A stretch of 64,000 nucleotides of DNA from an uncultured Planctomycetota bacterium (GCA_963823665.1 CAWGMQ010000008.1:512001-576000), one strand, 5' to 3'. Counted from the stretch's first letter, positions 1 to 9,385 are shown. A program made the numbers and translations. Notes: generated by a model not told the origin, from the sequence alone.

Positions 1-2
1 AT

Positions 3-596
3 TCAATTCTGAAACGCGGCGCGGAGCGCGGGCATGCTCTTCACGCGATCGATCGCGCGCGCGAGCCTTCTGCGCAAGGCCTCGGCGCCTTCGCCGAGCT
101 GGTCTGCGATCGCCGGCCACGTGTGGCCGTCGAGCCTTCGTTGCAGAATATCCAGCTCGGAATCCGTGAAGTAATTGACGACGGTTTCCACCAGGTCCTT
201 GTCATCCACGGTCTTTTCGGGGCCGGGCCCGGAGTCGGCTTGATCGAGCGGGGCGTCTCCGTCGAAGAGCTCCCGGAGGATGACGCTGAGCCGCCGGCTC
301 TCCGCGCCGATCTTGAACCGGCTCATCACACGTAAGAGCCTTTCGACCTGATCAGGACGCCTGAGCTCGAACCGGCCGTCGCGAAGCCCAAGGAAGAGGC
401 TGGCGAGCACCGACTGGCAGACGTCTGAAGACCCCATACGCGCACGAATCACCGGGAAATTGCGGCGCTTGCGCATGGCGAATCGGACGTAGCGAAGGAT
501 GAACGGCTCGAACATCCGCGCCAGCTCGTCGGCGGCATCCTGGTTGCCGGCGCGGACCCGGTCAACGAGATCTTCGAACGGATCTTCCGGTGGCAT
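3..596 (-). CDS. ECF-type RNA polymerase sigma-70 factor (planctomycete type)
   Basis: N-terminal LVDRVRAGNQDAADELARMF, region 2 GSSDVCQS, and a C-terminal HTH (LDGHTWPAIADQLGEGAEALRRRLARA). ATG at 596 is preferred over GTG at 608 because the MPPxD start is shared with the remnant at 11316. Confidence 0.85.
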   Translation of the reverse strand: MPPEDPFEDLVDRVRAGNQDAADELARMFEPFILRYVRFAMRKRRNFPVIRARMGSSDVCQSVLASLFLGLRDGRFELRRPDQVERLLRVMSRFKIGAESRRLSVILRELFDGDAPLDQADSGPGPEKTVDDKDLVETVVNYFTDSELDILQRRLDGHTWPAIADQLGEGAEALRRRLARAIDRVKSMPALRAAFQN

Positions 597-1326
597 CGAC
601 GACTCCACGACGAGGTGCGTTCGTGCTGAGCGGATCGGGTGTCTCAGCGTTCCAAACAGCGGCTAACCGAACAGCGGAACGAACCCGCACCAACGCGCTA
701 TTGGAACGCGTGTTGAGATGCCGGGTCAAGAGGCTTGAAGGGATGGGCGGAGGCTCTGCGCCCAAGCCTGCCCAAGGCCATCTTTCGCTTCAACGCCGAA
801 GGGGGAAGCTTCCCGATGTGGCAGCCGACCCATCCGCCGCCGAAACCGGCACATCCCCCACGGAGGGTGGCGGGGCCGGGGGGGTGCATTCCGGTCGCCA
901 TCGGCACAAAGCCATCGCACAACACGAAACGCCGAGAGGATTTCTTATCTTCCATCTCGGAATCCACTTCACGCATCACTCAGGTCCACCTCGGTTAAAT
1001 ATAGTGAACAAAACCCGCGAGCCACCACGGTGGTTTGGTGCGTACAGCGCCACGATGGAGTGAAAGAGCCGGAACGCCCGGGGTCGAATTCCGAACCACC
1101 TGTGGCGTTCGGATTTGCGGAACGACCGCCTCGCCCTTGAACAGCCGGTGCCCACTTCGAAGCGTGGCGGAAAGTGGCGGATTCTGAAGCTTTTTCAAGC
1201 ATCTGTGCAGTAGTGTAAATCCCGCCCTACTCGCGGAGGAGGAAGTGCCACGGCAGGCGACGCTGGATGTCGAGCCATGGGCCGAACTCGAAGCCGAAAA
1301 CTCGCCCGCGCGCACCTGCCGTTGGC

Positions 1327-4035
1327 TCAGAAACCCCACCGCGCGGCCCTTGACCTGTCCCACGCCGAATCCCAGTCGGCCGCGCCCCGCAAGAGCCAAG
1401 GCAAGCTCGGCTTCGGCAGATCGATCTGCATTTCGCATTGGATTGCGCTCCCTGAGTTAATTGTGAACACGCGGCAGCATTCCTCCCCCCTCGTCGGGGG
1501 GTGCCGCGTCCGGCGGCGGAGGGGGGTTCGCGCACTGGAACGGCTCCGCCGCAGCCCCGTCCGGCGGTGGAGGGCGGTTCGCGCAAGGTGCAGCCTCCGC
1601 CGCAGGTTCCCGCGCACTGCTGACTTGCGCCAGAGATTCCACGGTAGCCGGTGAAGATGGATCCGCGCACCCCGTCGACTCCACGGCACCCGCCAGTTTG
1701 TCGACCTCCGCCCGGACGCTGATTTCCTCCGGCCCTCGCCTGATCGCGCACCCTCAGGCTCTTGCTGCTGCCTGGATCTGATCCACGCTTGCCGGATCAC
1801 CTCCCAGCGCGCAGCCTCCTCCAGATTCCTCCCCAATCGTCGTGGAGGCGCCGCCGCAGACGGCGGCGGGGGATTCGCACGCGGCCGACATCCCGCCACC
1901 GCCGCCGCAGGGTCCTCCGAACCTCTCCCCCTCTCCCCGCGGGAGACGGCCGGGGTGAGGGTCTCCGCCGAAGCCGTGCGACTCAACATATCGGCGCGCT
2001 CCGCGCCCAACGAGCGCTGTTCGTCCCCGATCTCACCGAGATCTCGATCTTGGTCGGACCTCAAATCTGGACCTTCCTCTCCTTCCCTCCCGCACGCCGG
2101 CCTTGGGTTCGTTCGTAACGTGTCAAGTCCCGAAATCGCGTCCGAATTCGCCACAACCTCAACATTCTCTTCATTTTGTGTTGTGGTCACATCTCGACCC
2201 GGTTTAGGTTCGTTCGTCAGGAATTCCTCCCCCCTTGCAGCGGAGGTGCCATCGCAGGCGGCGGTGGGGGGCAGCCGCACAGGACCGCCATCCCCGACTA
2301 CTGCAGCGACTCCGTACAACCCATCACTGGCAACTCCGACGTCCCCGCGTCGGGCGTCACCTTCAACGCCAGTGTCCCCGTCCTGGGCGTCAACTTCGAC
2401 ACCGGCGTCCCAATCTTGGGTCTCACCGCCAGCACCAACGTGCCTTTCCGGCAGCAACCCCAGACACGCCACAACGTCCGAGTCCTCGACCTCGACCAGC
2501 TTCCACCCTCTCTCCGCCCCGCCCAGAGTAGCAGGCTCACTCCCAGAGCCGCCCGCCGCCAGCGCCGTCGCCCCTTGATGCTGGTCCGCACCGGTCCCAA
2601 AAGTAGCAGGCTCACTCCGTGAGCCGCCCGCCGCCACCGCGGTCGCCCCCCGATTCTCGTCGGCCTCAGTCCCAACCGTAGCAGGCTCACTCCACAAGCC
2701 GCCCGCCGCCAGCGCTGCCGCCCCCCGACTATCGCCCGCCTCGGTCACAATCGTAGCAGGCTCACTCCGTGAGCCGCCCGCCGACAACCCTGTCGCCCCC
2801 CGACTCTCGTCCGCACCAGTCACAACAGTAACACGCTCACGCCGTGAGCCGCTCGCCGCCGAGCTCGGCGCCGGCGGAGACTCGTTCTTCGATCCACCCC
2901 CGTAACCATCGCTCAAACTCCGCTCTCGCCCCGCCGCCTTGCCCGCCGGTCCCATGCAATACTGATCAGTTTTCGTGCCGTAAGGCGGCGGCCTCCACGG
3001 CTCGATAGGCGCAGCCGTGGGTCGCCCACCCGTCAGCTTGTCGTACGCGGCGAGCCCTTGGCGAAGCGCGCGATCATATTTCAGTTCGTAGTCGTTCAGT
3101 TGTTTACCCTGCGGGCCCGTATCAAATCCCTCCCGGGCGACAACTCGCTCAGCTTCGGTGTCCGCGTTCGCTTCGTGCGTCTTCAAGATCTCTTCCAGCC
3201 TTTCGATATTCCGATCGACGATGTCGAGCAAGAGCTGTCGGCACTCCGCTTTATCCTCGAGCGCCGCCAGTTTGGGATTCCGTCCGGCCACCTCCTTGCA
3301 AAACACCGGGAGCTGAACCACGTCGAGATCGCTGTGCAACTCTCGGAACGGCTCCGGCTTCCCTGGCTCGAGCTTGGCGCTGGCATAGAAAATCGCGGCG
3401 CACGCTTCATCGAACCGCGCGTCAATCGGCTGATGCCCCAGCAGGCGAATGGCCTGGAACCGATCGGGAGCCTGCCAGAACTTCCCCGGCGCAAGCCCCG
3501 CGCGCAGCCCGTCCCAGGTCTCGAGCAGAAACGTCGTCCCCAGCTCTGTTGCTTCCAGTTCCCCGAGAATCTCCTGTGGCTTATCCGGCTCGACTGGCTG
3601 CCCGCTAAAGGAAGTCTTGACCTTGAGTTTAAAGTCCGGCTTCAGTCCATAGGTCTCCATGGATCCGCAGCGATTGAAAAAGAGGCGACTCCCCAGCGCG
3701 AGAACTTTCTCATGTTCTTTTTCGTCGGCTTGCTCGATGGCGCTGCGAAATCTTTCCGCGTCCGCACGCTCGATGCGTTCGATTTTCGATGCCACCGAGG
3801 CGCACCGCGAGATGAGAAATTCCTCCACATCATTCCGGGCATCTTTGCTGGCCATCCACTTGCGCCGGCGTTCCTCGTACGAGTAAGAAATGTCGTCCAT
3901 CAGAGCGATCCGCCTGGATCGTCTACCATGCTTGAGTGCATTCATGGATGCTCTAGCCCGCCCGGCAGGAGTGACTGGTCCCCGAGATTTCCGCCCATTC
4001 GCCTGGCTCGCTGCAATTCTCGCTTCGGAAGTCAT
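1327..4035 (-). CDS. Hypothetical protein with a conserved N-terminal motif (MTSEARIAASQANGRKSRGPVTPAGRARASMNALKHG) and a long low-complexity C-terminus
   Basis: ATG at 4035 is preceded by AAGAGG. The N-terminus resembles an uncharacterised family I recall from planctomycetes and acidobacteria. The C-terminal third runs through repeats and REP-like hairpins, so the true end is uncertain. Confidence 0.7.
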   Translation of the reverse strand: MTSEARIAASQANGRKSRGPVTPAGRARASMNALKHGRRSRRIALMDDISYSYEERRRKWMASKDARNDVEEFLISRCASVASKIERIERADAERFRSAIEQADEKEHEKVLALGSRLFFNRCGSMETYGLKPDFKLKVKTSFSGQPVEPDKPQEILGELEATELGTTFLLETWDGLRAGLAPGKFWQAPDRFQAIRLLGHQPIDARFDEACAAIFYASAKLEPGKPEPFRELHSDLDVVQLPVFCKEVAGRNPKLAALEDKAECRQLLLDIVDRNIERLEEILKTHEANADTEAERVVAREGFDTGPQGKQLNDYELKYDRALRQGLAAYDKLTGGRPTAAPIEPWRPPPYGTKTDQYCMGPAGKAAGRERSLSDGYGGGSKNESPPAPSSAASGSRRERVTVVTGADESRGATGLSAGGSRSEPATIVTEAGDSRGAAALAAGGLWSEPATVGTEADENRGATAVAAGGSRSEPATFGTGADQHQGATALAAGGSGSEPATLGGAERGWKLVEVEDSDVVACLGLLPERHVGAGGETQDWDAGVEVDAQDGDTGVEGDARRGDVGVASDGLYGVAAVVGDGGPVRLPPTAACDGTSAARGEEFLTNEPKPGRDVTTTQNEENVEVVANSDAISGLDTLRTNPRPACGREGEEGPDLRSDQDRDLGEIGDEQRSLGAERADMLSRTASAETLTPAVSRGERGRGSEDPAAAVAGCRPRANPPPPSAAAPPRRLGRNLEEAARWEVIRQAWIRSRQQQEPEGARSGEGRRKSASGRRSTNWRVPWSRRGARIHLHRLPWNLWRKSAVRGNLRRRLHLARTALHRRTGLRRSRSSARTPLRRRTRHPPTRGEECCRVFTINSGSAIQCEMQIDLPKPSLPWLLRGAADWDSAWDRSRAARWGF
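1480..1620. repeat. Cluster of GC-rich REP-like hairpin units
   Basis: Repeated ccggcgg(c/t)ggaggg..gttcgcgca and ctccgccgcag units. The reverse complement of 1480-1530 resembles the element interrupted by the IS at 9709-9749/11031-11040. Confidence 0.5.
2520..2860 (-). repeat. Intragenic 75-bp (25-aa) tandem repeat, about 5 units
   Basis: gtagcaggctcactcc recurs at 2528, 2603, 2678 and 2753, with a degenerate copy at 2828. It encodes SEPATxxTxADxxRGAxAxAAGG. Confidence 0.9.
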
Positions 4036-4370
4036 GATCGTTTCCTCTTGGTCTTCGGGATGATCAAGCCTTGCCCGAGATCCCTCGCCAGCCCACGACT
4101 GACGACCGAGCAAGTCTCTTTAAACAGGACGATCTACAAAACGGTCAAATTTTTTGCGCCCGTTTCCCAAATTCGCAGAGTTTGTCCTGGGGTGGTCGCC
4201 GGATGCGCGGGTTGTGACGATGGCGGGAAATAATCGGTCAACCATGCTGCGAAAATTCCGCGTTCGCGAGCAACGCACCTGGCAGATTCAGACCGATTGG
4301 CGACGTCGCGCCGGCGTCGGAGGTCGCACAGCGCCGGCCTTTGACCAGCAGTATTTGGGCATGGTTCAAA

Positions 4371-4392
4371 GTAGGGCAGGCTTCAGCCTGAC
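4371..4392 (+). repeat. GTAG-type REP-like palindrome
   Basis: GTAGgg followed by the hairpin caggc-ttca-gcctg. Confidence 0.55.
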
Positions 4393-4571
4393 GATTTGCC
4401 CGCGCCGCGCAAACGAAAATGCCGCTCAGGGGACTGCGAAGCTCCAGCGGAGGGTCACACACGATTGTTGGGCGCGGGTCTCCCGACCCCGCCCTCCTCA
4501 CCAACCGCAGGTCTCCAGCGGGCAGATCCGCCAATCGAAGATCGTCGCAGCAGGTGCACAGGTAAAGATTT

Positions 4572-4715
4572 CAAGACACCCAGCGATTTGGCGAGATTGA
4601 GACAGGCATGGACGGATCACTCGGAGAGAATGGGTGTCTGGATGCGCCTCTTTCTGGCTGCGCCCTTCCCCGCACAGTTTCATCGTTGATTCCCGACGAA
4701 AAGGCGGGTGTCCTG
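4572..4715. repeat. About 130-bp dispersed MITE/REPIN-like element, copy 1
   Basis: Starts caagacaccca and ends cgggtgtcctg (imperfect inverted repeat). Highly similar to 5032-5152 and 9386-9513, with a small internal duplication. Confidence 0.8.
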
Positions 4716-4745
4716 CCGCCCACGCCGCCATCGCCAAACCATCCG

Positions 4746-5022
4746 AGCCCCGCAGGGGCGAAATCTTAAAGCCCGGCGTGTCAACGCCGGGAATGATGGG
4801 TCCCCACGAAAGAAGCCCAGCCACGCAAGGGGCGACATCATAAAGCCCGGCGTGTTCAACTGCGGGGATGATGGGCCCCAATCAAAGAAGCCCAGCCCCG
4901 CAAGGGGCGAAATCATAAAGCCCGGCGTGTCAACGCCGGGAATGATGGGTCCCCACGAAAGAAGCCCAGCCACGCAAGGGGCGACATCATAAAGCCCGGC
5001 GTGTCAACGCCGGGGATGATGG
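4746..5022. repeat. Tandem array of four ~74-bp double-hairpin REP-like units
   Basis: Each unit carries gcc(c/a)cgca(a)ggggc and cccggcgtgtcaacgccggg hairpins (the latter degenerate in unit 2). The linkers are near-identical rather than unique. Confidence 0.85.
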
Positions 5023-5031
5023 ACGAAGATT

Positions 5032-5152
5032 CAAGACACCCAGCGTTTTGGCGAGTTTGAGGCAGCCATGGATGGACCACTCGGAGAGAATGTGTGTCCG
5101 GCTGCGCCCTTCCCCGCACGGTTTCATCTTTGATTCCCGACGAAAGGGTGGG
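5032..5152. repeat. About 130-bp dispersed element, copy 2 (right end abuts the outer intron 3' end)
   Basis: Aligns with copies 1 and 3 up to gaaagggtggg, where intron sequence begins. Confidence 0.8.
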
Positions 5153-5185
5153 GCCGGGTCGCCTTGGGGGATCGCTCCCCCAAGG

Positions 5186-7605
5186 GCCGGGTAAGGAGGT
5201 GACGTTACCGCCACCCCCTCCCCTCAGAACTGCACGTGAAAGTTTCCCTTCATGCAGCTCAAGCCTTCACGAACGCCCCTCGCAGGACGCGGCCGCTTTC
5301 GTCAGTCGTTCTTGGACATGGATCTGCCGATGACAGTTGGCATGCAACAACTCCAGGTTGTCGGCTGTGCCAGAACCGCCCCGGCTGCGCCAGATGCGAT
5401 GGTGGAGATGCAAGTCTTCCTCTGCGATCCGCAGCGGTTGACCACAGACCACGCATCGTCCCTCTTGTTCCTTCCATAAGTATTCGATCCGACCCCGACC
5501 TGCCAGCGTTTGGCTCAGTTGCCAACCCAGTCGTGCTTCCAGGTACAGTTCCCACTTCGGATCGTAGGGATTCACGTCGCTCCGGATCTTCACATAACGA
5601 ATGATCTTCACTTTGGCTGCTTCCATCAACTGGATCGGCCGGCCTTGGCCTTTCTGGTCAAACAGCGTACCGGTGAAGACCCAGTGGCGGTAACCGTCTT
5701 GCTGGAAGTATTTCTCCTTGATCCACCTCCGGCCTTTGTTCTGGTGCCGTCGTCGACACCAACGCCACAATTTCTGGAAAATCCGGTGATCCACGTACGT
5801 AAAAGTGCGCTTGCTCGCCGCGTAACGGTGGTACATGGTCCAGCCCTTGATCTGCTGATTCAAACGCCAGATCATCTCTCCTGCCGTTAGGCTGCCCGAG
5901 CCGTCGATCGTTTCCTGTATCTTGTTCAAGAACGTCTTCACGTTTCGCAAGGACGGCTTGGTGAACACCTTGCCGCAGCGATAGCGTCGCACATTCTGCC
6001 CCAAGAAATCGAAGCCATCCTCCACATGCGTGATCTGGGTTTTCTCGTGGGAAAGTTCCAAGCCGCGTTCCTTCAAGAAATGAGCCACGAGAGGTTGCAC
6101 TTGGTCACGGAGGAGTTCCTTTGAGATGCCCGTGATCAAGAAGTCATCCGCATAGCGGACCAGGTGGACTTTAAACTTCCGTTGTCGCCCGTGCTTCTCG
6201 GCGAACTGTTCCGCCAACAGCCGTTGCAGTCCATCCAGAGTCCAATTCGCCAGGACGGGTGAAATGATCCCGCCTTGAGGTGTTCCTTCCGTGGTGGCGA
6301 ACCAGGCGTGCTTCTCCAGGAAACCCACTTTCAGCCATTGCCCGAGCAACTGCCGGTCCATGGGGACGTGCGTCAAGAGCCAGTCATGACTGATGCGATC
6401 AAAGCAAGCTTTGATGTCCCCTTCGAGAATCCATGCTGGACCGCTCCGATTACCCAAGACAATATGAGATTGTTCCAGGGCGTCGGCACAACGACGTTCC
6501 AGCCGAAAGCCATAGGAATGGCCGTCGGCTCGAGATTCCGCAATGGGATCGAGGCCTAGCAAGTATAATGCCTGCATGGCTCGATCTGACATGGTGGGAA
6601 TTCCGAGAGGACGTCGCTTGCCGTTGCTTTTGGGAATGTACACCCGGCGGAGCGGTTGCGGTTGGTAACCGTGCCGACGCAGAGTGCTGAAAGCAGCCGA
6701 CTTGGCTTCCGGTGTGTTCCAGAGAACTCCGTCCACACCGGGAGTCTTCGCACCCGAATTACTGATGACTCGCAAAATGGCCAGGGCCCGGCCACTGAAC
6801 GAGTGCGTGAGCAGATAAACCAGAGCCTTGACCTTATTCCATCTGCCCTCCGCAACAGCCTTCACGATACGCGCCTGGAGCCGACGGACTGTGCGCCAGA
6901 CTTTCTTCCATTCGATGGAGTGCCAGTCGGGCGTAAGCTCGGGAGCCGCACCAGCAAGCATTTCTGCCGCCGACATATCTGCTTGTCTCCCTGAGTCGGT
7001 TGGCCAAGGTTCTCTCGTGACGGAACACCTGAGGGAAGTCGGCACCGCTTTCGCGGTGAGGGGATGTCGTCCGTGGGAGGACTCACCCTCTATCCGATCG
7101 ACTACCGAACGGCATTGGCTTGCTCCCTCATCCTCCACCCGCCGCCCCATCGGCGACGCCTTACGACGGTCCTACCCCGAAGGGAGGGCGACGGGCTTAC
7201 CACGTTCCACGGATGAATCACGGATGGTTTAGGCTCTGCCTCTCCGCCGGTGGCTCGGATGACGACGACAGGGGATGGGAAATCCCACTGTACCTGGCCA
7301 CGTACCTTTTTGGTTCAAGCCTCTCAGCGCCTTTGGCTTGTTGGATCTCACGACGTTTATCGGCAGTTCACCTGGATTAGCCATGCCATCCACCCCTGGC
7401 CCCCGACCGCATTGGCGTTCGCAGTCGCCGGATTCCCTCACGGGATATCCAACCACCCGAAGGTGAGGTTACGTTGTCCCAAGAGCTTCGCACGGTCGGA
7501 TTGCTCCGGCCGCACGTCCTGGTAGGGTTCCGGTGGTCGTACATCGGGTTATGTCCTGGTTGCAAATCCAGTCATAACAGACTCATCCGCAGCTTCGTTT
7601 CGCGA
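5186..7605 (-). mobile_element. Group II intron (IIB, chloroplast-like class) encoding an RT/maturase/HNH protein; inner intron of the twintron
   Basis: Domain V gAGCtgcatgaaggGAAActttcACgtgcagttc at 5260-5227. Domain VI ends ...ccttAcccggc at 5186. The 5' end TCGCGaaacgaag at 7605 is fixed by EBS1 TTCCCA (7281-7276) and EBS2 AGATCC (7348-7343) pairing with upstream TGGGAA and GGATCT. Confidence 0.92.
5267..6976 (-). CDS. ltrA: Group II intron reverse transcriptase/maturase with C-terminal HNH endonuclease (569 aa)
   Basis: Motifs [51 protein letters not shown], maturase domain, and CxxC...HHRIW...[13 protein letters not shown] at 6976 has AGGGAG upstream. Confidence 0.95.
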   Translation of the reverse strand: MSAAEMLAGAAPELTPDWHSIEWKKVWRTVRRLQARIVKAVAEGRWNKVKALVYLLTHSFSGRALAILRVISNSGAKTPGVDGVLWNTPEAKSAAFSTLRRHGYQPQPLRRVYIPKSNGKRRPLGIPTMSDRAMQALYLLGLDPIAESRADGHSYGFRLERRCADALEQSHIVLGNRSGPAWILEGDIKACFDRISHDWLLTHVPMDRQLLGQWLKVGFLEKHAWFATTEGTPQGGIISPVLANWTLDGLQRLLAEQFAEKHGRQRKFKVHLVRYADDFLITGISKELLRDQVQPLVAHFLKERGLELSHEKTQITHVEDGFDFLGQNVRRYRCGKVFTKPSLRNVKTFLNKIQETIDGSGSLTAGEMIWRLNQQIKGWTMYHRYAASKRTFTYVDHRIFQKLWRWCRRRHQNKGRRWIKEKYFQQDGYRHWVFTGTLFDQKGQGRPIQLMEAAKVKIIRYVKIRSDVNPYDPKWELYLEARLGWQLSQTLAGRGRIEYLWKEQEGRCVVCGQPLRIAEEDLHLHHRIWRSRGGSGTADNLELLHANCHRQIHVQERLTKAAASCEGRS

Positions 7606-8379
7606 TTCCCACAGATCCGGACTTGCCCGTCGAAGAGGCATCCGGCTCGTCACGTTGGGGAATCACTGTCCCTCACACGACTAGGTCGTTTCGCGGTGAC
7701 ACGCTGGTGAGGCACGGTGTCCTAGCGTGGTTCCAACTTCCCATCCACAAGGCGGTGCCCCCTTCGCTCCACAGGGTCCGGAGGGCCGTTCCCCCGCTTC
7801 AACACTACTATGGGGCACTCCGACTCCTTGCCGTCCATCTCGCCGCACTTCGTTTCCTTCGCTTGGCGATACCATCGTTCGTCCCCTGTTCGTCCCCACC
7901 AGCTCGGGACAGAGCTGTGGATCAACCTGGAGTTGGTAAGCCGGTGCGCCAGCCGGCCGTCACGATGGAGACGCCAAGGTCTCCCAAGTTCCCGGGGAAC
8001 CCTTGTGATCATCCGCCATGTTCCTCCGACCCCGGCGTGACCAAGCAGGCTTGAGTGGACCAAGAGTTAGTTGCCTGGCGCGGCCCCCGCGGGCGTCCAA
8101 GACGAGGGCTCACAACGACGAAATTTCGGGGCTCAATCACACAGCGTTTGATCTCGCTGTCTACGCTTCGCAGTGGAGGTCACCCGCCACCACGCAAGAC
8201 TCGCTGCCGGCTGCTGGTCCAGCTTTGCCGGACGGGATTGGTTACCCGCAGAGTTCCGATAAAAGGTTTCACATTTGAGGTGATCCTCCTTTTCCGAGCT
8301 TCTTGGCGCAAGGACGCAGCTAGTTTGGCTACAAGCCTGAGAGTGCTCGGAGACAATCTCCGCCGAGCCGACAAGCGCA

Positions 8380-9267
8380 TCAAGACGTGAGCTTCTTGCG
8401 AAACGCCGCCAGGCTCCGGCACGTGGCGGCGTGCTCGATCAAGTCCTTCATCCGCGCATCGTCGGCGATCGCCATGATCTCTGTCTCGAGCGCTTCAGCT
8501 TGGGTGCCAAACCGCCGTATCAGAAACGTCATGAGTGATTCGATTTCCCCTTCGCGCTTCCCTTCGCGCTTCCCTTCGCGCTTCCCCTCTTCGGTCCATT
8601 CTTTCTTGAGTTCTTGAAGTAACGGCGATTCGATCATGGCTTGTCGCCCTCCCAGGATCTCGAACAACGCCTCGTCATTATACCGCAAGCGTGCCAGGAA
8701 TTGAGTCACTGCGAGCAGATTTTCCTTCTCGACGCGCGAGCCGACTTTGTCAATGCGAGCTCGGCATTCGCGGATGATCGGCTCAGGTGGTCCATCGAAC
8801 TGCGCCAGCGGCACCCACGGAACCACACCGATATCGCCGGTCGCCAGTAGGTCGCCGGCCGGCACTTCCCACAGCTTGACGATGCGCCATGACGCATCCC
8901 ACGTCGTACAGCCCTGGCGGCTCTTCAACTTGATGGTTTCCGCCGGCAGGACATTTCCCTTGGGGTAGAGAAACAGGACCACGACCTCCGGAAGTACATG
9001 TCGCCCCAGCCATGAGAGCGCGATGTCGTCCATTACCTGACTCGTGACGCGTGCTTCGGGGTAAGTGGCAATTTCCAGGAGATACGTGTCGAGCTCGTCT
9101 TCGCCGAGGTGTAGCACCTCGATCAGCCCATCGGGAAGCCGCCGGTGCTGGACGAGCTCGGCCTGCACCGGCTTCCACGATGAGATGGCCCGCACACGCG
9201 CCATGCGAAGAATCGAGTCGCCGTAGTGCTGGATCTGGTACTTTCCGCACTTGTCATATTCGTGCAT
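8380..9267 (-). CDS. Rpn/YhgA-like (PD-(D/E)XK putative transposase/nuclease) family protein with DUF4351-like C-terminus
   Basis: RRLPDGLIEV...YLLEIATYPE core, PEVVVLFL, VKLWEVPA, VPWVPLA, then EGKREGKREGKREGE repeats (three 12-bp units at 8549-8584) and a LIRRFG helical tail. Confidence 0.75.
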   Translation of the reverse strand: MHEYDKCGKYQIQHYGDSILRMARVRAISSWKPVQAELVQHRRLPDGLIEVLHLGEDELDTYLLEIATYPEARVTSQVMDDIALSWLGRHVLPEVVVLFLYPKGNVLPAETIKLKSRQGCTTWDASWRIVKLWEVPAGDLLATGDIGVVPWVPLAQFDGPPEPIIRECRARIDKVGSRVEKENLLAVTQFLARLRYNDEALFEILGGRQAMIESPLLQELKKEWTEEGKREGKREGKREGEIESLMTFLIRRFGTQAEALETEIMAIADDARMKDLIEHAATCRSLAAFRKKLTS

Positions 9268-9344
9268 GGCAGTTGCAAACGGGTTGCGGACAGTCGTCGG
9301 TTGTTACTGGCAGTCATCGGCTCGTCTATCCTTCAGCGTTTCGA

Positions 9345-9371
9345 GCCCAGCCGCAATTGGGCCGGACCTAC
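9345..9371 (-). repeat. GTAG-type REP-like palindrome
   Basis: The minus strand reads GTAGgtccg-gccca-attgcggc-tgggc. Confidence 0.45.
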
Positions 9372-9385
9372 AAAGCCTCGGGATT

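Larger units (their letters stand above)
5153..8311 (-). mobile_element. ORF-less group II intron (outer intron of a twintron; about 739 nt once the inner intron is removed; class E/F-like RNA)
   Basis: 5' end TTGCGccaagaagc at 8311. EBS1 GGACGC (8098-8093) is complementary to the 5' exon GCGTCC (8317-8312). Domain V gAGCcggatgc...caagtccggatc lies at 7648-7614. Domain VI is split into gggaa (7610-7606) and ccttgggggagcgatcccccaaggcgAcccggc (5185-5153). Domain IV has no RT ORF. The class assignment is from memory of motifs and is tentative. Confidence 0.85.

Noticed and set aside
698..1438. Short overlapping ORFs upstream of the first ECF gene
   Set aside because: No motifs or convincing RBS, so none can be supported as a gene.
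2520..2860. 75-bp periodic repeat as a CRISPR array
   Set aside because: The period is a multiple of three, it lies in frame within a CDS, and the variable parts are homologous to each other.
4181..4187. Another TTTGTCC box
   Set aside because: It lacks the second half of the motif and has no credible gene downstream on that strand.
3058..4233. 391-aa plus-strand ORF
   Set aside because: Antisense shadow of the minus-strand gene, with no recognisable motifs.
4746..5022. Possible CRISPR array
   Set aside because: The intervening sequences are near-identical rather than unique spacers, and there are no cas genes in the window.
5267..6976. RT as part of a diversity-generating retroelement, retron or defence RT
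   Set aside because: It has maturase and HNH domains and sits within clear group II intron domains V/VI. I saw no TR/VR pair with adenine-specific differences and no accessory gene.
6977..7150. N-terminal extension of the RT shown in the ORF track (627 aa)
   Set aside because: It overlaps structured intron RNA. The ATG at 6976 has an RBS and matches the usual IEP start region.
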